Assembly: GCA_963809485.1 (NCBI GenBank)
Contig: CAWEJX010000004.1
Coordinates: 384,001-448,000 of the forward strand
Source: an uncultured Acidobacteriota bacterium
Lineage (GTDB): Bacteria; Acidobacteriota; UBA6911
Direction: 5' to 3'
DNA length: 64,000 nucleotides
Made by a program: the position numbers and the translations under genes. The notes beneath the pieces were generated by a model that saw only the letters and a program-made list of their open reading frames with translations, had not been told where the DNA came from and searched no databases. This document shows, piece by piece, positions 55,862-64,000 of the stretch. The stretch's first letter is position 1. Each line of letters opens with the position of its first letter.

Positions 55862-56290
55862 TTAGAGTCGGAAAATCTCACCTGTTGCTTTGCGCTTAAA
55901 ATGCACTCTCTGCTGTAGCGGAAAGTTGAATTTGATCGCCCCGGCGCTTAGAAGAGGACATTCGTTCACACAACAGCCGCAATACCAGCATTCGTCAGGA
56001 TGCAGGGTAATGGGGGGTTTTCCTTGCACGGGATTGGGTATGTACACGTCCACCTGGCACACTTCCACACACGTGTTGCAACCGTTACATACTTCAGGGT
56101 TTCGAATAACAGGTCTATTGGGCGTATTCACATTAGGCACAACATACACTTTTCCCTTATTATCTTGGGCGCTCTCAAGTATGCCACTGGCTCCCTCGAG
56201 AGAAACCACAGCGCTGCCGGCTCCAGCCACCGCGCTCGCCTTCAGGAAATCTCTGCGTTTCATTGCCCCGCTTTTCTTTTGTTTCTTCAT
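55862..56290 (-). CDS. AprB-like 2x[4Fe-4S] ferredoxin with a Tat signal peptide
   Basis: KRRDFLKASAVAGAG; CNGCNTCVEVC and PDECWYCGCCVNECP. Confidence 0.85.
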   Translation of the reverse strand: MKKQKKSGAMKRRDFLKASAVAGAGSAVVSLEGASGILESAQDNKGKVYVVPNVNTPNRPVIRNPEVCNGCNTCVEVCQVDVYIPNPVQGKPPITLHPDECWYCGCCVNECPLLSAGAIKFNFPLQQRVHFKRKATGEIFRL

Positions 56291-56398
56291 ATCCTTTCTC
56301 CCATTTATCCATTTGCTGTTATAGCTTCCGTTCAGCAATGCGCGAAAAATAATTCACTACGATGATCGCGCTCGCCGGTTTAGAGAACCTGAGGCATG

Positions 56399-58318
56399 CT
56401 ATACAGGACGCGAAGTTGGCTTCGGATTCCGCGTCCAAGATTTTTCCTTGTAGCTCCCGACATAGTCCTTGTTATGGGCTTCATAATTTTCTTTAAAGTC
56501 GCCCCAGTAAGCGAGGGGCAGTTCTCCCACCTTCACCTCATCGTTTTCCAATTTGAGAGTAATCCACTTATTCCACTCGGGTGGGTCCATTTGTGGATAA
56601 TCTATCCTTTGGAAGTTTAAAGCTCGGCTGCTTGCCTTGCGTGCCAGGGAAGCATGGATAATAAGCTGAGAAAATTTAAGGATGCTCAGATCCTCCAGGC
56701 TGCGCATGAGCTTATGCGGATCCAGGGCATATAGCTGGGGAACCCAGTTCTTCTCGATGTCCGCGAGTGCATCAAGGCCCATATTGAGAAGCTTTTCAGT
56801 CTTGTATTCGCTGCAGAAGTACTGCATGTTCCGGGCAATTCCGGCGTGCAGCTCCTTCCAATCTATGCCCTCCCTTCTTTTGATCGGGGCATAGACACGA
56901 CGTTTTTCAAGTGCGACTTGCTCATTTGATATCACCGGTTGACCCGCTCTCTGGGCATAATCGGCCGCCTTCCTTCCGGCATATCTGCCGGTGGTCTCTG
57001 CGTAGCTGTGGTCTCCCGGGCCGTAGGTCGATTCCCCGGCAGCGAACAGCCCATCCAATGTGGTCATCAAATCCCAGTCGACGACAACACCGCCCCGGTC
57101 GTACCCACTGTCGACCGATCTAAAATGAGCGGGGCTGGTTCCCTCGAGCAGCGTATAAATTGGGAACAGGTCCTTAGCCGGGTCAAATCCAGCCTCGTTG
57201 TACTTCCTTCGAATGGCCTTTGCCGTCGACTCCTCGGCATACATCATGTCCCAATTTACCTTTCTCCAACGCTCGGATTGAGAGGGAAAGTCACCCCATA
57301 AAGGCAGAGCAATCTCTCCTTTGAGGACCTCTTCGCGCACATTCCTTCTTGCTGTTGGCATGCTGCCGGCGAAGGGATACATGCCAAGCGATTTGCCGTT
57401 GTCATCAATATACGGAAGATGCTCGAAGCTCTGATCGATGCCTGCATACCATTTGTGTTTGAAGCCGGTACCCAAACCCAGAGTCCCGGACTTCTCCATC
57501 TGGGTAAGCGCAGCACCCGCTCTGAATGCCATCACCATGCCATCGCCGGATATGGCGCGGGACCTGAATGTACTAATGCCGGCCAATTCTGTATTAAAGA
57601 CCCAGATGGATCCTGTTCCCGCTGTGCAGAGCACAACCGCCTTGGCTTTAAATATCATAAATTCGCCGGTTCGAGTATTCACTCCGGTTGCACCTACTAC
57701 CTTAGCCCCCTGGATGCCCTTTTCGTTCAGCAGGCTGGTGGCCATAATCCTGTCATAGATCTTGACGCCTAAACGCTCGCACTCCTTCTTCAGTACAGGT
57801 TTAAGCGACGATCCCCAAAATCGAAGGGCTGCATTTACAGGTTGGTACCTTTCGCAAAGTATGAGTTTTGTCTTGTCATCCCTCCCCCAACAGCCTACAT
57901 ACTCATCCTCTGTATCTCTAATCTTGCCGCCCATCGGCTCCAACTCCAAAAACGCATCGTAGCCTTCGCGACATTGAATATAGCGTGCCATTCCGCAGTT
58001 ATATTTGCCGAAGCCGTCAATAACATCCTGGCACCTCTCTTCAGGACTCAGATTAGAGAAAGGACTGGTCATTGCATTTTCCCAGTGGTCACCTCCGGGT
58101 CCCCCGGCGCCACTTCTTATCGTTGCCGCTTTTTCAACTATCGCTACTCTGAGGCCTTTCCTCTGGGCTGCGCTTATAGCCGCCCGGCATCCGGCAACGC
58201 CACCGCCGATCACCAGGACATCAGTCTCAACCGTTTGCTCCTGTTCATACCGTATCGGGTACGGCCACTCGGGCGTGCGCCCGTCTTGTTCTATCAATTC
58301 ATGCCATGAAGAAGTCAT
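56399..58318 (-). CDS. AprA-like FAD-dependent oxidoreductase (succinate dehydrogenase/APS reductase flavoprotein superfamily)
   Basis: DVLVIGGGVAG, RSGAGG.G.DHW, AKAVVLCT, GLFAAGE, ARKASS....F.RIDYP. GGAGG RBS. It is divergent from a canonical dissimilatory AprA. Confidence 0.85.
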   Translation of the reverse strand: MTSSWHELIEQDGRTPEWPYPIRYEQEQTVETDVLVIGGGVAGCRAAISAAQRKGLRVAIVEKAATIRSGAGGPGGDHWENAMTSPFSNLSPEERCQDVIDGFGKYNCGMARYIQCREGYDAFLELEPMGGKIRDTEDEYVGCWGRDDKTKLILCERYQPVNAALRFWGSSLKPVLKKECERLGVKIYDRIMATSLLNEKGIQGAKVVGATGVNTRTGEFMIFKAKAVVLCTAGTGSIWVFNTELAGISTFRSRAISGDGMVMAFRAGAALTQMEKSGTLGLGTGFKHKWYAGIDQSFEHLPYIDDNGKSLGMYPFAGSMPTARRNVREEVLKGEIALPLWGDFPSQSERWRKVNWDMMYAEESTAKAIRRKYNEAGFDPAKDLFPIYTLLEGTSPAHFRSVDSGYDRGGVVVDWDLMTTLDGLFAAGESTYGPGDHSYAETTGRYAGRKAADYAQRAGQPVISNEQVALEKRRVYAPIKRREGIDWKELHAGIARNMQYFCSEYKTEKLLNMGLDALADIEKNWVPQLYALDPHKLMRSLEDLSILKFSQLIIHASLARKASSRALNFQRIDYPQMDPPEWNKWITLKLENDEVKVGELPLAYWGDFKENYEAHNKDYVGSYKEKSWTRNPKPTSRPV

Positions 58319-58636
58319 CTTCCTGCCTCCCTTAAGCGCTTACGCGCCGGTTTTTACAGTGTTATCATTTTGCGGACATCGAGATAAGATCTTTTCCCCC
58401 ACTCACTGCAATAAAAGGTCCTGTGAGTTAACCTCACAGAACAGCGATTGTTCCCGAAAGTCCCGCAATGATTTAACGGTTCTCTTCTTCACAACTCGAA
58501 GCCTCGCCGCCGCGGACCGTTCAACTGCTTCGCATGATGGAGTACCATTGCCGCAATCGTAAGCGCTGGATTGAACATTATATTTTCAGAACAGTTGTTT
58601 TGGAAATGCAAGCAAAAATCCAAATATCCCGATCCC

Positions 58637-58950
58637 GGTCCTTCCGTCCTCTACTGCTGTTACGCTGCCATTTTCTGTTCTCTGACTCTACTTAAAGCTG
58701 CCTTTACGTAAATAAAAATGATCACAAAAGGAATTCGCCGCTGCTCAGCTTGGTTTTGTAGAATCCGTGGCCGATGATGTTTCCGAAAGCGGCTTTTCCC
58801 GCCAGTGGACATTCCCCGTTTGGACAGCTGAGACTCTTCATTGTTTTTGAACCGTGTCAATGATGGAACTGATTGCATGGAATTGAGTCTCAAACTAAAT
58901 CATGTTTGGGAGTTACGGTCGCGCTGCCAAGAGTCGAAGGCGGAAGCACC
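58637..58950 (-). mobile_element. 314-bp MITE-like deletion derivative of the IS1-like element
   Basis: Both TIRs are present. It matches 53410-53522 joined to 53803-54004 and has TAC where the longer copy has TAA. Confidence 0.85.
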
Positions 58951-59459
58951 CAATTATTGAGACCTAACCTGCATAGGCTGGGATTCAACCAGCATAGACG
59001 CTGGATGTTGTATTCAAGTAATCAAGCGCATCTATTTTCCTGATTTTTCTGAAATAAAACCGGTCCCAGCGAAACATTAAGGCTGCATGGATCCGTTGCT
59101 TGCTCCCGGGCGCCTCTGGGCGGGGCCTGCCCTGATTTCTATTGACGAGCAGGCGGGGATTTAGGGCGCGTACCCCTCGAAACGTTTGATGACTCGTTTT
59201 CTTCCACGTCAATGACCCCGGATGTCACTCTGCCTCTATAGCATAAGGCCGATATGATATTGGTACCTGCAGTATTGGAAAGCGATACGGAACACTACAT
59301 CAATTGATAAATTCTGCTGGTTGGCCTGAGGCGAAGCCCTGCCTATTTCTGTTTCCTTTCCGACTCTTTCACGCATAAAATGATTTTTGCCTGATTTGCA
59401 AATTGAATTTAGGGCGCCGAGCGGGCGCTGCGGTCGCCGGGGAAGCTTGCTTTCTCGAC

Positions 59460-59777
59460 CTTAACGCGCTTTTCCCCCTGTACCAAAGCCTCGCGGATTT
59501 CCTTAACGCGGAACCAGGCGGCGTGGAAACGCGCAACTGTACGTACGATCCTATGACATTCCGCGACCATTCCACAATGACCCTCACGGATGATGACGGA
59601 ATTCGAAAGGAGCTGGAAGCCGACGAGCGTTCCTGCGCCCCCTCGGAAATTTCCTGGTATCTGGCCGCGCTTCGCTTTAAAAAAAGCTCCATCCACGGAT
59701 GCCGCCTGGGGAGCTTCAGCCGCGGCCACGCCTTGACGACGGACGACTTCGAGATGCCGGTAATAGCCGAGAAATAG
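59460..59777 (+). pseudogene. C-terminal remnant of a class I SAM-dependent methyltransferase
   Basis: LNALFPLYQSL.DFLN...D.MTFRD...TDDDG..KEL...ER...PSEISW.L..L.F...LGSFSR...LTTDDFEM.VIAEK. No SAM-binding N-terminus. Family call from recall. Confidence 0.5.
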
Positions 59778-59894
59778 GGATTTCACATAAAGCGTTCGAT
59801 GCATATGCTCTCTCCTTTCAGGCAGTCCAGACCAGATAGTCGCAGGTGTACAATCAGGTGTTTGATAAAACCGACACAATAAGGAGGGTGATTC

Positions 59895-60914
59895 ATGAAT
59901 AAAGATACGACGCGCAGGGAGTTTGCCAAACAAATAGCGATCGGTGCCACGAGCGTTTCCGCAGCAAGCTCGTTGGGCGCTTTAGAGGCGTCTTCCGCTC
60001 CGGCAGCTCAAGCAGGAAAGGGATCAAAATACGGGCACCTGGTAAAGAGCGTTCCTTACCAGTTTTGGCAGAGCGGTTACAGACAACTGGCCACGATGAA
60101 CGGTGATTTTCTGAATAATGAGATTCATGTGCAAATTGGGACACCTGCTGTTGCCGGAAGACTTGGCCCGGATGCTCCAGAAATGCATGACTTCGATCAG
60201 GTCATGATTTTTATGGGGTCGGATCCCACAAACCTTGGTGATCTGGGTGCAGAGATCGAGTTCTGCATGGGACCGGAAAAGGAAACGCGCATGATCACGT
60301 CTTCCCAAGCAGTGTTCATCCCCAAAGGGCTTGCACATATGCCGGCAACCATTGACCGAATGGACCGGCGATTTTTGGTGATGACGATATCGCATGCACG
60401 CGAACTGAAGGCAACGGCTGCGCCTGCAGCGGCAAAAGAATATACGGGTGAACCGCAAGGGGGCATGTCGAGATCACAATACAGGACAAACTTTCCAACC
60501 ATGCTTTGGGAACGGAAAAGCGCCTGGCACTATGGCAGCAAGAATCGAGATGACGCCGGTGGATATATAACAAGCATTAGAAACACCGATATGGGATTCA
60601 GCATGATGTGTGAAGGCATAGTGAGAGGACCCTATAGATTTGGCGATCCATATAAACCGCACGTCCATGGTTATGCCGAGTTCCTAATTTGCCTGGGAGC
60701 CGATTGTAACGATTTGACTCCAATGGGGGGCGAGATTGTGTTTGATATGGGCTCGGAAATGGAACCACACATATTTACCAATTCAACGGTTGTCATGCCG
60801 CCCGGAAAGCTTCCACATTGTCCGGAAATCATTACGAGAGTAGACAAGCCGTTTATTTTTATTGTCCTTCACGAGTTTGGTCAGGAGGCGCCCCCGAAAC
60901 CAAAAGGGTCATAA
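59895..60914 (+). CDS. Tat-exported tandem cupin-like protein (paralogue 3)
   Basis: AAGGAGG RBS and TRREFAK. MHDFDQ..IFMGSDP..LGDLGAEIEF..G.E.E...IPKG.AHMP, then PHVHGYAE...MGGEI.F.MG.E.E.H...PHCP. Confidence 0.8.
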   Translation: MNKDTTRREFAKQIAIGATSVSAASSLGALEASSAPAAQAGKGSKYGHLVKSVPYQFWQSGYRQLATMNGDFLNNEIHVQIGTPAVAGRLGPDAPEMHDFDQVMIFMGSDPTNLGDLGAEIEFCMGPEKETRMITSSQAVFIPKGLAHMPATIDRMDRRFLVMTISHARELKATAAPAAAKEYTGEPQGGMSRSQYRTNFPTMLWERKSAWHYGSKNRDDAGGYITSIRNTDMGFSMMCEGIVRGPYRFGDPYKPHVHGYAEFLICLGADCNDLTPMGGEIVFDMGSEMEPHIFTNSTVVMPPGKLPHCPEIITRVDKPFIFIVLHEFGQEAPPKPKGS

Positions 60915-61098
60915 GCAAAATCGTTGGCTTTGCGGATCTCGACTCTGTTAAACCGAATTAATCGATGCCATTGGAAACCTATAAAAAGCAGAAGGCCGAG
61001 TAAGAGTCTTTGGCTTGATGCTGCGAATGATGTCGCAGGTGATGGGGTAAAGCAAGAATTCACCGGAAATCCACAACGGAAAAGAAAGGATAAAGGGC

Positions 61099-61719
61099 AT
61101 GATTCTTGTCCATAAAGACGATAGAAGCAGGACGCGGCGGGTCTTCTTCAAGGAGGCAGGCGTTGGCGCAGCTGGCGTGGCTGTTGCGGGCGCGTTGAGC
61201 GCTTTGCAGGCTGCTTCCATCCCCATTCTGCAGGCAGATAAAGAGACTGCCTCTCCTGTACAAATGCCAGGGGTACTGCCATCCCAATCAAAATACAAAA
61301 AGTACTTTGTTGAAGGATCTAAACCGGGAAGAATGCCGGCTTTGGGACAGGACCAGGACTTCGTCTTCACTTTTTCTTTCGTCAAGGCGGGGACCAATTC
61401 CAGGGCGCATGATCCTCACACACATCCCCACACCGAAATACTGGGTTTCTTCAGCGCCGATCCGAACTCACCCGATGATCTGGGGGCGGAAGTGGAGATG
61501 ACCATGGGAGAGGAGTTGGAACGAGTCGTAATGACGAAATCTACGCTCCTCTTTTTGCCTCCTGGCACGATACATTGTCCTATGGTCTTCCGGAATGTGG
61601 TGAAGCCGTTTATATTCCTGGCAACTGCGCCGGTCGGGAAACTGGTCGAGACATCGTACGCACACCTGCTGCCCGAGGACCAGCGGCAGAAGCCAAAACC
61701 AAAACCGAAGGCTCCATAA
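61099..61719 (+). CDS. Tat-exported single-domain cupin-like protein (paralogue 4)
   Basis: TRRVFFK; PHTHPHTEILGFFSADP..PDDLGAEVE..MGEE.E....KST..F.PPG.IHCP. Confidence 0.78.
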   Translation: MILVHKDDRSRTRRVFFKEAGVGAAGVAVAGALSALQAASIPILQADKETASPVQMPGVLPSQSKYKKYFVEGSKPGRMPALGQDQDFVFTFSFVKAGTNSRAHDPHTHPHTEILGFFSADPNSPDDLGAEVEMTMGEELERVVMTKSTLLFLPPGTIHCPMVFRNVVKPFIFLATAPVGKLVETSYAHLLPEDQRQKPKPKPKAP

Positions 61720-61958
61720 TCAGGCGCCGTTGGGCCAATCTATAGGATGGCATCGTGAGACTGCTGAGGATCATTCGAAGCTCTTGTGCCATGCATCTCT
61801 GGACGGCGAGGGCTGGATGATCCGCGGGGCTTTGCCAAAGAAGATTTCCATCAAGAATGGTTACAGGCATAGGATTTTGGGCTATGGACTAATATGAGCC
61901 ATTACGGATTATGTTTGGGCCGCTTTCCAAAATAACCTCTGTCCTTTGGCGGTACAAA

Positions 61959-62303
61959 ATGCATTGGGAACTAAGGACTCGCGAGATTGATGACGTTGGC
62001 ATTATTGACGTGCTTGGGATTGATGGTTTCAGTCATGAGGCGGGCGAATTTAAGCGTGCTCTCGCTGCGCTTTTGGCAAAGGGAAAGAGGAAAATTCTAG
62101 TCAACATGGCTAACGAGCGGGATATTGGGGGTCAGCAGATCGGCGAGCTGATCATGTGCAGTGAAGTCGCCAGGGAGAATTCGGCAACACTCGCTCTGAC
62201 AGGGGTTTGCGGCAGGGCATATGAGTTGCTCGTGATAACAAAGCTGATCAAACTCTTTAAGGTGTTTCGCGATGAGACCGAGGCCATAAAGAGTTTCAGC
62301 TGA
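61959..62303 (+). CDS. STAS-domain anti-sigma factor antagonist
   Basis: REIDDVGIIDV.G, GKRKILVNM, ELLVITKL...F..F.DE.EAIKSF. The DSSG phosphoacceptor is replaced by GGQQ. Confidence 0.75.
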   Translation: MHWELRTREIDDVGIIDVLGIDGFSHEAGEFKRALAALLAKGKRKILVNMANERDIGGQQIGELIMCSEVARENSATLALTGVCGRAYELLVITKLIKLFKVFRDETEAIKSFS

Positions 62304-62346
62304 TTCACGGGGCCCGCCCGAATGACTGGGACGGAGGAAGGAAATC

Positions 62347-62568
62347 ATGCGCCAATACGCCTGGCTCGATTTCCACGGGGGCTGCTGGCATTTGGTTACC
62401 GGCAATTCCCATGATTGTGATCGGAAGTGGGCGGACCGGCAGTCGGCCCTATCGGATTTGACATGGGAAGGATGGGTAATCGACGGGCCGTATGGAAAAC
62501 AGCCTACGATGAGGCATGAAGCCAACCGGCACTTTTACGGGTATGGGCTGAGGCGGACTATCCATTAA
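62347..62568 (+). CDS. Hypothetical small protein
   Basis: AAGGA RBS; 73-aa Trp-rich ORF co-oriented with its neighbours. Confidence 0.5.
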   Translation: MRQYAWLDFHGGCWHLVTGNSHDCDRKWADRQSALSDLTWEGWVIDGPYGKQPTMRHEANRHFYGYGLRRTIH

Positions 62569-62703
62569 AATCGAAACATGTGCAGAGCGGCCCGTGGAGG
62601 ACACAAACTGAAATTATCAGATGTTGGCTGCGCCGATTTTAGACGGAATGTAGCTTGTTCCGCCTAGCCGCTCCATCACATCACCATTCATAGGAGGATC
62701 GCA

Positions 62704-63189
62704 ATGAAGGTGCCGAATATAAGGGCGATGATATGCATTACGGCAGCTTTCGCCATGTGCGCGACCGGCATGCTTTCACTGGAGAACGCCTCGTCCCAGG
62801 GCATACGCGCCGCAAACCCGCAACGGGAGGTTGCCGTAAAGCCGATGCCGACCTGGAGGTCATTTCCGTTCGCGGAGGGATTCATCAACCAGCGCGATGC
62901 CGGAAGCTATCCGAACGCACAGCCGGTTCAATATATGAAGCAAGAGGGGATCGTATATCTGCGCGGAAGTGTGCACAAACGGAACGATCTGAACCGCTTC
63001 GATGTTTTCGGCACGCTTCCGCAAGGCTACAGGCCGGAGAACGATCTGGAGTTCCTGCAGTCGTCGGGTTTCGGCATGGCCGTAGTCATGATCCGGCGCG
63101 GTGGCAATGTGGAGCTTTGGAACCGCGACCGTACTCCCGACACGCGGACGGTGAGTCTTGACGGCATCTTCTTCTTCGCAGCCGAATGA
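62704..63189 (+). CDS. Secreted hypothetical protein with a small beta-rich domain
   Basis: AGGAGG RBS and signal peptide. Y.K.EGIVYLRGSV...FGTLPQGYRP...VSLDGIFF. Confidence 0.7.
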   Translation: MKVPNIRAMICITAAFAMCATGMLSLENASSQGIRAANPQREVAVKPMPTWRSFPFAEGFINQRDAGSYPNAQPVQYMKQEGIVYLRGSVHKRNDLNRFDVFGTLPQGYRPENDLEFLQSSGFGMAVVMIRRGGNVELWNRDRTPDTRTVSLDGIFFFAAE

Positions 63190-63371
63190 GCTGGCGGATA
63201 TTGCCAAGATATCGCGCACCCGCAGATGGAGAGTAACGGACCGTGAAAACCAAATCATGGCAGCATCCTTATGTCTCCGGGAGGCCCCGAGCTGAACGCT
63301 CGGGCTATTTCCTGCCGGCCTTTCGGGCTGAAAAGATAGATCAGATTCGCATTCATTTCCGACGTTTGGTA

Positions 63372-64000
63372 TCAATCGTTTCCGGCCGGCATCTTCGCGG
63401 ATGATCCAGGCATCTGTGCCGGCTCAACTTCTTTGCCCTTTCTCAGAGTCGGATGTATGGGAGGTCTGGCCAGGATAAGAAACATGAGGCCCAATGCGAA
63501 AATAATGGCTGAGATCTGCCAAGCCAAGGTGTAGTGGCCGGTGACGTCTCGAATCCAGCCGGATAAGGGAGACCCAAGGCTGCTGATAATTGTAATGAAA
63601 GGCTTCGTGTAACCCATGATTTTGGGATAGTGAGTTTTGCCGAAGTATACCGGATATAGATTCGCTACGACTACAAGCGAAGCGCCCATGCCGATTCCCA
63701 ATATGGTGGAATATACAAAAACCATTGCCAGGGTCTTTGTAAGTGCAGTGAGCAGCATGCCGGCTATCAACAGAAGCATTGTACCGATAGCCAAAGGCCG
63801 GATGTTGTATCGCAACCCCAGAAAACCAATCCCTAATCGGCCGATAATGCTTATGCCTGCAAACATGCCCATGGCGTTGGCAGCGATGGTGGAAGAAAGC
63901 CCGATATCCATAAGAAAGGCCACCTGATGCTGCAGGATTCCCTGCAGACCAAGCATCTGTGCGGACACAAAAGCCGTTAGCAGCCATAGGGCCGGAGTCC
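63372..64000 (-). CDS. MFS transporter (5'-partial, runs off the window)
   Basis: Six hydrophobic helices; IIGRLGIGFLG.R and YFGKTHYPKIMG. Confidence 0.85.
   Translation of the reverse strand, partial: TPALWLLTAFVSAQMLGLQGILQHQVAFLMDIGLSSTIAANAMGMFAGISIIGRLGIGFLGLRYNIRPLAIGTMLLLIAGMLLTALTKTLAMVFVYSTILGIGMGASLVVVANLYPVYFGKTHYPKIMGYTKPFITIISSLGSPLSGWIRDVTGHYTLAWQISAIIFALGLMFLILARPPIHPTLRKGKEVEPAQMPGSSAKMPAGND

Noticed and set aside
56399-58318. Dissimilatory sulfate-reduction aprA call
   Set aside because: The sequence is divergent and lacks sat/qmo context, so only the superfamily-level call is supported.

Overview
Bacterial genomic window of moderately high GC. The gene style (Oar-type TonB receptor, kinase/PD40 propeller, Crp island) suggests Acidobacteriota; this is an inference. 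I found no rRNA, tRNA or CRISPR array. The main result is three selenoprotein genes that the ORF track splits at an in-frame TGA. Each TGA sits in a U-x-x-C motif and is followed by a bacterial SECIS-like hairpin. Two are paralogous, signal-peptide-bearing, fused UGSC-family proteins (8155-6495, UDSC; 39236-37431, UDGC) and one is a thioredoxin-TPR protein (49196-49759, UIGC). They co-occur with four exported paralogues of an uncharacterised cupin-like family (three Tat, one Sec; seven domains in total) and an AprA-like flavoprotein whose AprB-like ferredoxin carries a Tat signal. Together these suggest an undescribed periplasmic redox/catabolic toolkit. A ~22 kb Crp/Fnr stress-type island (15.4-37.1 kb) holds csp, groES-groEL, cyclic beta-1,2-glucan synthase, three B12 radical SAM genes, two Crp regulators and small basic ORFs. 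Also present are an XPB-like helicase/DUF790 pair, a BrnT/BrnA pair, a ycaC-amidohydrolase-porin-MFS operon, three pieces of one IS1-like element, a nested palindrome and many gene relics. Nine frameshifts in otherwise full-length genes are all single-base insertions and may be sequencing error. All family calls come from motif recognition by eye, not from database searches.
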